DNA of 54,208 nucleotides from an uncultured Myxococcales bacterium (GTDB lineage: Bacteria; Myxococcota_A; UBA9160; SZUA-336): positions 1 to 54,208 of the forward strand of contig CAZOTO010000004.1 in assembly GCA_964582775.1 (NCBI GenBank). Direction: 5' to 3'. Made by a program: the position numbers and the translations under genes. Within the stretch, counting starts at the first letter, position 1. Every line of letters begins with the position of its first letter. The notes below the pieces were generated by a model. The model saw only the letters and a list, made by a program, of their open reading frames with translations, was not told the DNA's origin and did not search any database. This document shows, one piece after another, positions 25,779-33,491 of this stretch.

Positions 25779-27539
25779 ATGAACCGACTGCAGCCGTCTC
25801 TGCCGTTCGACGACGTCGCACCTGCGGAGACCCGGGAAGCGGGCACGAAGAAGCGCGCCGCACCCTCGCGTGGACGGGACCCCAAGGCAGAGGACCCGAA
25901 GGCGAAGGCCGCGAAGACGCAGCCCCGAGGAGCGCAGCGCAGCACGGCCGAGAAGCCGCGCCGGGCCGTCCGCCCTGCGGGTCCGATGGCAGGCGAGGAG
26001 CTCGCCGCGAAGCAGCGCGAGATCTCGGTCTCCGAGTTCTTCGCCAAGAACCGGCACCTGCTCGGCTTCGACAATCCGGCGAAAGCACTCCTCACCACGG
26101 TGAAGGAGCTCGTGGACAACGCTCTCGATGCGGCCGACGAGGCCCGCATCCCCGCGCAGATCGAGATCCGCATCGACGCGATCGCCGAGAACCAGTTCCG
26201 CGTGCGCTGCACGGACAACGGCCCCGGCATCCCGGCCCGGAACGTTCCCAGCGTGTTCGGCAAGCTGCTCTACGGCTCGAAGTTCCACCGGCTGCGCATG
26301 AGCCGCGGACAGCAGGGCATCGGGGTGAGCGCTGCCGGCATGTACGGCCTGCTCACCACGGGACATCCCGTTCGCGTGATCTCGAAGACGGCGCGCAGCA
26401 GGGCGCACAGGTTCGAGATCGCGATCGACACCCTGAAGAACCAACCCGCGGTGAAGCGCGAGGAGGAGATCGACTGGGACCAGCCCCATGGAACGAGCGT
26501 CGAGATCGAGCTCGAGGCCGCCTATCGCAAGGGCCAGCACTCCGTGGACGCCTACGTGCAGCAGATCTCGCTGGCGAATCCGCATGCGCGGCTCACCTAC
26601 CTGCCGCCGACCCGCACGAGCGACGAGGAAGCCATCGCGTTCGAGGCGGTGACGGGCGAGCTGCCCCCGGAGACGCTCGAGATCAAGCCGCATCCGTACG
26701 GCGTGGAGCTCGGTGTCCTCATGCAGATGCTGCGTGAGTCCCACGCGAAGAACGTGGTCGGCTTCCTCACGGCCGAGTTCAGCCGCGTGTCGTCGCGCAC
26801 GGCCGAGGAGATCTGTGCGACGGCCCGCATCTCCTCCTCGCGACGGCCCAACGCGATGGCGCGCGCCGAGGCCGAGGCACTGCACAAGGGCATCGCCCAC
26901 ACCAAGATCATGGCTCCGCCCACCGACTGCATCGCGCCGATCGGCGAGGAGCTGCTGCAGAAGGCGCTGCTCTCCATCCACAGCGCGGAGTTCGCGACGG
27001 CGATCACCCGTCGCCCTTCGGTGTACCGCGGCAATCCGTTCCTGGTCGAGGCAGCGCTCGCCTACGGCTCGCCCCTCTCCGCCGACGATCCGGCCGTCTG
27101 CTACCGCTACGCGAACCGGGTTCCGCTGCAGTATCAGCTCGGCGCCTGCGCGATCACGAAGGCGGCGACATCCGTCGACTGGCGGGGCTATGGACTCAAC
27201 CAGCCCAAGGGGTCGCTTCCCGTCGGGCCGCTCGTGATCATGGTGCACATCGCCAGTGTATGGGTGCCGTTCACCTCCGAGTCGAAGGAGGCGATCGCAC
27301 ACTATCCGGAGATCGTTCGCGAGATCCGCCTCGCGCTCCAGGACTGCGGGCGCCGGCTCGCCACGCATATCCGGCGACGACGGCGCGACGCGGACGAGCT
27401 CAAGAAGCGAAGCTACATCCAGAAGTACATCCCCCACGTCGCGCAGGCGCTGCAGCAGATCCTGGGCTTGCCCGACGCGGAACGGGAGCAGACGATCACC
27501 ACGCTCACCGACGTGCTCGAGCGGAGCCGGAGCCTGTAG
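25779..27539 (+). CDS. top6B: DNA topoisomerase VI subunit B
   Basis: GHKL motifs are present: ELVDNALDA, DNGPGI, GQQGIG. So are ISVSEFFAKNRHLLGFDNP, typical of the Top6B N-terminus, and a transducer region. ATG at 25779 is preceded by GGTGAGGA. An in-frame ATG at 25986 (MAGEELAAKQREISV) is an alternative start that would remove the basic N-terminal tail. Confidence 0.9.
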   Translation: MNRLQPSLPFDDVAPAETREAGTKKRAAPSRGRDPKAEDPKAKAAKTQPRGAQRSTAEKPRRAVRPAGPMAGEELAAKQREISVSEFFAKNRHLLGFDNPAKALLTTVKELVDNALDAADEARIPAQIEIRIDAIAENQFRVRCTDNGPGIPARNVPSVFGKLLYGSKFHRLRMSRGQQGIGVSAAGMYGLLTTGHPVRVISKTARSRAHRFEIAIDTLKNQPAVKREEEIDWDQPHGTSVEIELEAAYRKGQHSVDAYVQQISLANPHARLTYLPPTRTSDEEAIAFEAVTGELPPETLEIKPHPYGVELGVLMQMLRESHAKNVVGFLTAEFSRVSSRTAEEICATARISSSRRPNAMARAEAEALHKGIAHTKIMAPPTDCIAPIGEELLQKALLSIHSAEFATAITRRPSVYRGNPFLVEAALAYGSPLSADDPAVCYRYANRVPLQYQLGACAITKAATSVDWRGYGLNQPKGSLPVGPLVIMVHIASVWVPFTSESKEAIAHYPEIVREIRLALQDCGRRLATHIRRRRRDADELKKRSYIQKYIPHVAQALQQILGLPDAEREQTITTLTDVLERSRSL

Positions 27540-28750
27540 TGGCCACGCGCAAGAAGGCGACGACGAAGAAGACGACGGGGGCCGCAACGGCCACGAAGCA
27601 AGCCGCGAGCGCTGCGCCCGAGCGAGGAAGCTCCGCGCGCAAGCCGGGACCGGGCGCCACGGACGAGCAGACCATCGTCGCCATCGACGGCACCGCCCGT
27701 CGCGTGTACGAAACGATTCGCAAGCGGCAGAAGCCGGGCCTGTCGTTTCCCGTGCGTGCCCTCTCCAACGTCTCGTATCACCAGAAACGCGGCTATCTGG
27801 AGATCGGATCGCAGAAGAAGGAGCGCACGCTATCGGTGAACACGGTGAAGAGCTTCGCCCAGACGCTTCGCATGATGGCGCTGTCCAAGGAGCTGGTGAG
27901 CAACAACGACTTCGCCACGAAGCGGGAGGCCTACTACATCTCGAAGAACTGGGGCGACGCGAAGTTCGACGAACAGGTCGAGTCGGACACTGCAATGGAC
28001 GACATCGAGGCGCTGTTCAGCGTGGACCGGATCAACCGCGAGCAGCTGCGATTCTTCCCCGAGGAGCACGGAGGATCGGTATCGGGCCCTCTCGTGGTGA
28101 TCGACCGCGACGCGACAGGGCGGCTCACGCGCATCGACTGCACGAACTTCGGAACGGGCGCCTACTCCGTTCCGTCCTCGGTCGAGCAGCTCGAGTTCGA
28201 GACCGATGCGGAGTTCGTCCTGCTGATCGAGACGGGCGGCATGTTCCAGCGCCTGCAATCGCATCGCTTCTGGGAGACTCGCAACTGCATCCTCGTCGAG
28301 ATGGGAGGCGTGCCTACCCGGGCCGTGCGCCGCTTCGTGCGCCGCTTGGCCGACGAGAAGCGACTGCCGATCTACGCGTTCGTCGACTGCGATCCGTACG
28401 GGATCGCCAACATCTACCGCACGCTCAAGGTGGGGTCGGGCTCCGCAGCCCACGTGAACCAGTTCTTCTGCGTACCCAGTGCACGGTTCCTCGGCGTGAC
28501 ACCACAGGACATCGTCGACTACGAGCTCCCCACGCATCCCCTGAAGGACGTGGACGTGAAGCGGGCGAAGGACGCTCTGAAGAACGATCCCTTCTTCCAG
28601 AGCCACCCCCAGTGGAGAAAGGCCATCGATCAGCTGCTGTCGATGGGCGTTCGCGCGGAGCAGCAGGCGCTCGCGATGTGGGGGCTCAACTACGTGATCG
28701 ACGAATACCTGCCGCAGAAGCTCGCGCACCCCGAGCGATTCCTGCCCTGA
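27539..28750 (+). CDS. top6A: DNA topoisomerase VI subunit A (Spo11 family)
   Basis: GTG at 27539 overlaps the top6B TAG (TAGTG). It has a catalytic-Tyr region (KREAYYISKNW), a Toprim Glu (LLIETGGMFQRL) and the DxD motif (FVDCDPYGIANIY). A basic Lys/Thr/Ala-rich N-terminal tail is present. Confidence 0.9.
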   Translation: MATRKKATTKKTTGAATATKQAASAAPERGSSARKPGPGATDEQTIVAIDGTARRVYETIRKRQKPGLSFPVRALSNVSYHQKRGYLEIGSQKKERTLSVNTVKSFAQTLRMMALSKELVSNNDFATKREAYYISKNWGDAKFDEQVESDTAMDDIEALFSVDRINREQLRFFPEEHGGSVSGPLVVIDRDATGRLTRIDCTNFGTGAYSVPSSVEQLEFETDAEFVLLIETGGMFQRLQSHRFWETRNCILVEMGGVPTRAVRRFVRRLADEKRLPIYAFVDCDPYGIANIYRTLKVGSGSAAHVNQFFCVPSARFLGVTPQDIVDYELPTHPLKDVDVKRAKDALKNDPFFQSHPQWRKAIDQLLSMGVRAEQQALAMWGLNYVIDEYLPQKLAHPERFLP

Positions 28751-28783
28751 ACGTCGGGCGACGGCGCGACGGCGCTGCTGCGC

Positions 28784-29953
28784 TCACAGGATCCGCATTG
28801 CCTCGGTGAGTGCGATCGTCACGTGGTACACGCTCGTGGCGTTCATGTGCCCGGACACGACCCGACCGTTCCGATCGAGATGCTCGTGCCAGCCGCCGAG
28901 CCCGGGCACGCGATAGCGGGCCACACAGCGCTCGAGCGCCGAGATCATCCCCGCGCGGTCGCCGAGCACGGCGCGCGCCTGCGCGTGCTCGAGCTGGGGC
29001 CAGAGGCGCTTGCTCGCAATCGTCACGCGGCCACCCGGCTCCACCTGATCGAACACACCGCCATCCGCGTCGATGCCGTGCGTCGCGGCGAAGTCGAAGA
29101 GCGCCCGTGCCGCATCGAGCACCCCCGCGTCCGCTGCCGCCGTGGCGTACTCGTGCAGCAGCCACACCCACTCGAAGTGATGTCCGGGTTCGACCTCGTC
29201 TCCCTGCGGCGGCGGAGCCGCCGACCAGTCCGCACGGAAATGCTCACGCAGGCAACACTCGCGAGCGGAGTAGAAACGGCCATCGAACAGTGCCACGATG
29301 CGTGCAGCCTCGGCGAGCCATCCTCCCTGTGGCTCCTGCGAATGGAGGGCGAGAAAGGCCTCGAGGAGGTGCATGTGGGGATTCTGGCGACGCAATCCGG
29401 TGTCGGGCTCCCATGTCTCGCTCGCGCCCTCGAAGAAGCCGCCGAAGCGGCGATCCGCGAGCCGATGCCGCAGCAGATCGAAGGTCTTCCGGGCGATGCG
29501 CAGCGCCTCGGCCTCTGCGGTCGCCGCGTGGTAGTGCGCGAGCGCGAACAGCACGAACGCGTGGGCGTAGAGATCCTTGCGGCGATCTTCGGGAGAACGA
29601 TCGTGGGAGACCGTGAGGAAGAATCCCCCGTGGCGGCGATCGAGAAAGGCATCGATCAGGAATTCGAGCCCACGATGCGCGGCCGCGAGCGCCCAGTCGT
29701 CCCGCTCGAGGCCCTTGCCGCTACGCGCCCCGGTGCCCAGGCGCGCGGCGATGCTCATCGCGTAGATCTGCCGCGCCTGCACGAGCAGGCGTTTCGATGG
29801 ATCGGGCACGGGCCGCAGGTCGTAGCCGAGGCGATTGTGGAATCCGCCTCGCTCCCAGTCGGTTCCACGTTCCACCCACAGGGGCAGCAGCTCCGCGGTG
29901 AGGATCCGCTGGATCGCCCCTTTCGAGCTGAGATCCGCATCCAACACGATCAC
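28784..29953 (-). CDS. AGE family epimerase/isomerase (N-acylglucosamine 2-epimerase / mannose-6-phosphate isomerase-like)
   Basis: 389 aa with an alpha/alpha-barrel repeat pattern: GGFHNRL, RLLVQARQIY, HAFVLFALA, NPHMHLLEAF, GHHFEWVWLL, RLWPQLE. Confidence 0.75.
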   Translation of the reverse strand: MIVLDADLSSKGAIQRILTAELLPLWVERGTDWERGGFHNRLGYDLRPVPDPSKRLLVQARQIYAMSIAARLGTGARSGKGLERDDWALAAAHRGLEFLIDAFLDRRHGGFFLTVSHDRSPEDRRKDLYAHAFVLFALAHYHAATAEAEALRIARKTFDLLRHRLADRRFGGFFEGASETWEPDTGLRRQNPHMHLLEAFLALHSQEPQGGWLAEAARIVALFDGRFYSARECCLREHFRADWSAAPPPQGDEVEPGHHFEWVWLLHEYATAAADAGVLDAARALFDFAATHGIDADGGVFDQVEPGGRVTIASKRLWPQLEHAQARAVLGDRAGMISALERCVARYRVPGLGGWHEHLDRNGRVVSGHMNATSVYHVTIALTEAMRIL

Positions 29954-29980
29954 CTTCCTGCCGGCGGACGGGTGCGCGGT

Positions 29981-30472
29981 TCAACGAGGGATCGGAACCG
30001 AAGCCTTCGCCTTGCCCGCGCGCTGGCACGCCTTGCAGAAGCCGTAGAGGTGCAGCCGATGGCTCGCGAGCTGATAGCCGTGATCCTTTACGACGCGCAC
30101 CTGCTCGTGCTCGATGAGATCGTTCTGGAACTCGATGATCTCGCCGCATCCGAGGCAGATGAGGTGATCGTGATGGCAATTCTCGTGCTCGTAGAGCGTG
30201 ATGCCTTCGCGAAACGTGTGGGCATGCGCAATTCCCGCCTCGACGAAGAGCTTGAGCGCTCGATACACGGTGGCGGCACCGATCTGCGGATGCTCCTTGC
30301 GCACTCGCTCGTAGAGGGCCTCGCTCGTCACGTGCCCGCGCTGCTCGAGGAAAGCATCGAGGATGACCTGACGCTGCCACGTATGCTTGAGCCCGTGGCG
30401 AGCCAGGTGCTCGTCGAGAAGCCTCTGTGGCTCGTCTCGCGACAGCGTTCGGTCGGAAAAGCTCTCGCCCAT
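29981..30472 (-). CDS. Fur family transcriptional regulator
   Basis: 163 aa from the ATG at 30472. Motifs seen: TWQRQVIL, ATVYRAL, HHDHLICLGCG and CKAC (two CxxC pairs). The start lies 10 nt after the ptsP stop. Confidence 0.85.
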   Translation of the reverse strand: MGESFSDRTLSRDEPQRLLDEHLARHGLKHTWQRQVILDAFLEQRGHVTSEALYERVRKEHPQIGAATVYRALKLFVEAGIAHAHTFREGITLYEHENCHHDHLICLGCGEIIEFQNDLIEHEQVRVVKDHGYQLASHRLHLYGFCKACQRAGKAKASVPIPR

Positions 30473-30482
30473 GGCGGCTACG

Positions 30483-32879
30483 CTATCGGCGGCCCCCACC
30501 CCTGTCAACGAGACGAGGGGCGAGCAGCTGCTGCAGGTACCCGCCGAGAACGCGATCCTCGAGCAGGCCGAGATCCGCGAGCGCGCGGCGGAGCTCGATG
30601 CGCACGTCGCTTCCGCTCGCACACGCGGCGACCTCCGAGGCGAGCGCTCGAACCGCACCGTCGCGCATGGCGCGAACCATCCGCCGCACGACGAGCATGT
30701 TGAAGGGCGACATGGAGAGCTCCCGCACGCCCATTCCGATCAGGATCGGTACCGCAAGCGGGTTCGCCGCGAACTCTCCGCAGACCGAGCAGGGGATGCC
30801 CGCCTTCGCCGCAGCAGCGGTCACCAGGCGGATCTGCCGCAGAACGGCGGGATGGAGCGGATCGTAGAGGCTCGCCACCCGCTCGTTCTCGCGATCCGTC
30901 GCCAGGGTGTACTGCACCAGATCGTTCGTCCCGATGGAGAAGAAATCGCAGCGGCGGGCCAAGTGATCGGCAACCGCCACTGCGGCCGGTGTCTCGATCA
31001 TGACACCGAGCGGCGTCGGCTCCCGATCTCCGAGCTCCCGCTGCGCGTCGTCGACCAGCACACGCGAAGCCTCGAGCTCCTCGACCGAGGTGACCATCGG
31101 CAGGAGGATGCGCAGGTTGCCCTTCGAGTTGGCGCGCAGGACCGCGCGGACTTGTGCGCGAAACACGTCGGGCCGATCGAGCAGCAGGCGGATCGACCTC
31201 CAGCCGAGCTGCGGATTCGCCTCGCGCACCGTTTCACCGGGCAGCGCCTTGTCTCCGCCCAGATCGAACATGCGAACGACGACGACCTCGGGTGCGAGCT
31301 CCTCCGCGACCCGTTGGTAGATCCGCACCTGCTCGTCCTCGTCGGGAAAGCCGCGCTGCGAGAGCACGAGCATCTCCGTGCGGAACAGGCCCACCCCACA
31401 GGCTCCGTAGCGGCGCAGGATCTCGATGTCGTTCGGTCCCCCGATGTTGGCCGACAGGCGGATCCTCGTGCCATCGAGCGTCTCGCTCGGGAGGGCAGAC
31501 CGCTGTACGAAGCGCTCGCGGTAGCGCTCGAAGAGCGCTACGTGCTGGCGATGATCCACGAGCTGTGCATGCGTGGGATTGACGACGACGACGCCCTCGA
31601 CGCCGTCCACGATGATCTCGTCGTCGGGCCGCACCGCGTCGAGCAGATGGAACAGACCGGTGACCGCGGGAATCTCGAGCGATCGCGCGAAGATCGCCGC
31701 GTGGCTCGTGGGGCCGCCGTGCACGGTGGCCATGCCGGCGATCTTCTCGGTCTGCAGCAAGGCGAAGTCGCTCGGCGAGATCGTCTCGGCCACGACGATC
31801 ACGCCGTCACGCAGCGGCGGATTGTGCTGCCGCACCCCGACGAGCTCGCCCACGGCGCGGCGCACCACGTCCTCGAGATCGATCGCACGCTCGCGGATCG
31901 CGGGATCCTTGGCAGAGGCGAACAACGCCTGGTATTCGCGCATCACCTCGACGAGCGCGCGCACTCCGTTGCCGTGCTCCTCGACGCGGGCAACCAGGCG
32001 AGCCCGGAACACGTGATCCTCGAGGATCATGATGTGCGCGGTAAACACGTCCGCGAAGGGCTCCCCAAGGCGGCTGCCGGCCTCGGAGCGAAGATTCGCG
32101 AGCTGGCGAATCGTCTCGCGCAGCGCCCGGGACAGTGCACGCTGCTCCGCCCGCTTCGATCGCGAGGGCTCGTACTCGACCCGCTCGAGGTCGAGCGTCG
32201 GGACGTGGAGGTGCACGTGACCGAGCGCGAAGCCCGGGGCGTTCGCAATCCCGCGCAGCACGAGCCCCGAGCGCTCGGAGCGGCCCTCGCCCGCGTCGAT
32301 GGATCCCGATCGCCGCGCCCGGCTTCGCGCCTCGTCCGCCGGTTCCGCTTCGTGTGTCCGCTCCTCCTCCGCACGGGCGGCGCGATCGAGCAGCCGGGCG
32401 TTCAGCACGATCGACCCCACCTGGGCGGCGATCATTTCGAGCAGCTCGATCTGCTCGGTTGGGAACACGCGCCGGCGAGCCGTGCGGACCGTGAGGACGC
32501 CGACCGGGAGCCCGCGCACGACGAGCGGGACGGCGAGCAGACCGCGATAGCGCTTCTCACCCGACTCCGGGAACACGAGCACGCGCGGATCGAGCTCGGC
32601 ATCCTCCACGGCGATCGGACGGCGCGCCGACAGGCAGGCGCCCGCGATGCCCTGCCCCACGCGGATGCGGATGCGGCCGATCGCCTCCGGATTCAGGCCT
32701 TTCGTCGCCTGCAGCACGAGCGTCTCGCCGTCCTCGTCGAGCAGATAGATCGAGCATGCACTCGCTCGCATCCATCGCGCCACCAGGCGCACGACGTTCC
32801 AGAGCGTCTCCTCGAGAGCATGACTGCGCTGGAGGAGCCATCCAATGTCGCGCAGCAGCTCGGCCGAATCCCTCCCCAC
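30483..32879 (-). CDS. ptsP: GAF domain-containing phosphoenolpyruvate-protein phosphotransferase (EI-Ntr)
   Basis: N-terminal GAF domain followed by Enzyme I motifs: GGPTSHAAI (phospho-His), GLFRTE, IGTNDLVQY and CGE near the C-terminus. 798 aa. Confidence 0.9.
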   Translation of the reverse strand: MGRDSAELLRDIGWLLQRSHALEETLWNVVRLVARWMRASACSIYLLDEDGETLVLQATKGLNPEAIGRIRIRVGQGIAGACLSARRPIAVEDAELDPRVLVFPESGEKRYRGLLAVPLVVRGLPVGVLTVRTARRRVFPTEQIELLEMIAAQVGSIVLNARLLDRAARAEEERTHEAEPADEARSRARRSGSIDAGEGRSERSGLVLRGIANAPGFALGHVHLHVPTLDLERVEYEPSRSKRAEQRALSRALRETIRQLANLRSEAGSRLGEPFADVFTAHIMILEDHVFRARLVARVEEHGNGVRALVEVMREYQALFASAKDPAIRERAIDLEDVVRRAVGELVGVRQHNPPLRDGVIVVAETISPSDFALLQTEKIAGMATVHGGPTSHAAIFARSLEIPAVTGLFHLLDAVRPDDEIIVDGVEGVVVVNPTHAQLVDHRQHVALFERYRERFVQRSALPSETLDGTRIRLSANIGGPNDIEILRRYGACGVGLFRTEMLVLSQRGFPDEDEQVRIYQRVAEELAPEVVVVRMFDLGGDKALPGETVREANPQLGWRSIRLLLDRPDVFRAQVRAVLRANSKGNLRILLPMVTSVEELEASRVLVDDAQRELGDREPTPLGVMIETPAAVAVADHLARRCDFFSIGTNDLVQYTLATDRENERVASLYDPLHPAVLRQIRLVTAAAAKAGIPCSVCGEFAANPLAVPILIGMGVRELSMSPFNMLVVRRMVRAMRDGAVRALASEVAACASGSDVRIELRRALADLGLLEDRVLGGYLQQLLAPRLVDRGGGRR

Positions 32880-32980
32880 GGCGTGGGCAGTCTAGCGCCC
32901 GCGAAAAGAACACGGCACGTCCCAGCGGACGTGCCGTGCGTCGCGGCGGGGAACACCGCCGCCGGATTCCCCCTGCGCGC

Positions 32981-33214
32981 TCAGTCGAGGAACACCTGAT
33001 CCTTGTCCTCGAAACGCATGCCGAGTGCGAGGAGGATCTTGCGCTTCGTATCCATGCGGCAGTTCATGCCCTTCTCGACCGAGTGAATGGTCCGAAGCGC
33101 CACCCGGGCCCGCCGAGCCAGCTGCGCCTGCGTCATGAGACGATCCTCGCGGATCTCGCGAACCCGGTTGCGCTTGCGCGCGGATCCATCCTGCAAGTCG
33201 TTCGTGTGCTCCAT
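32981..33214 (-). CDS. XRE family helix-turn-helix protein
   Basis: ATG at 33214 is preceded by GGGAGGAG. Contains MTQAQLARRARVALRTIHSVEKG, a classic HTH_3 pattern. 77 aa. Confidence 0.7.
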   Translation of the reverse strand: MEHTNDLQDGSARKRNRVREIREDRLMTQAQLARRARVALRTIHSVEKGMNCRMDTKRKILLALGMRFEDKDQVFLD

Positions 33215-33398
33215 TCCCCGGAGCTCCTCCCGGCTGGGGCCGCCCACCCTCTCGCGGCAGCCCTGGTGCGTGGTCACCCGCAACGATCGGGACCGCGGAC
33301 GCGATTCTTTAGGCATGGCCGACCCTTAGCCTCGGTACGCGCGGCGGAGGAGCGCACGATTTGCGATGGTTCTGCGCTACCGTGCGGCGGCGGCTTTC

Positions 33399-33414
33399 CG
33401 GCACCGCACGTGCA
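33399..33414 (+). promoter_or_regulatory. Weak sigma-54-like -24/-12 element
   Basis: CGGCACCGCACGTGCA has GG and GC at the consensus spacing but mismatches both flanking T positions. It lies 78 nt upstream of the ATG at 33492. Confidence 0.2.
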
Positions 33415-33491
33415 GGGAAGCGCACGGGGTCTCCCCGAGCGGGACTGCGGAGCGAAACGGGGGGACCAGGCAGGGAGTCTCGAACGGGCGG

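Noticed and set aside
25431-27995. 854-aa minus-strand ORF antisense to the small ORF, top6B and the start of top6A
   Set aside because: No motifs and Arg-rich composition. The opposite strand carries unmistakable GHKL and Toprim signatures.
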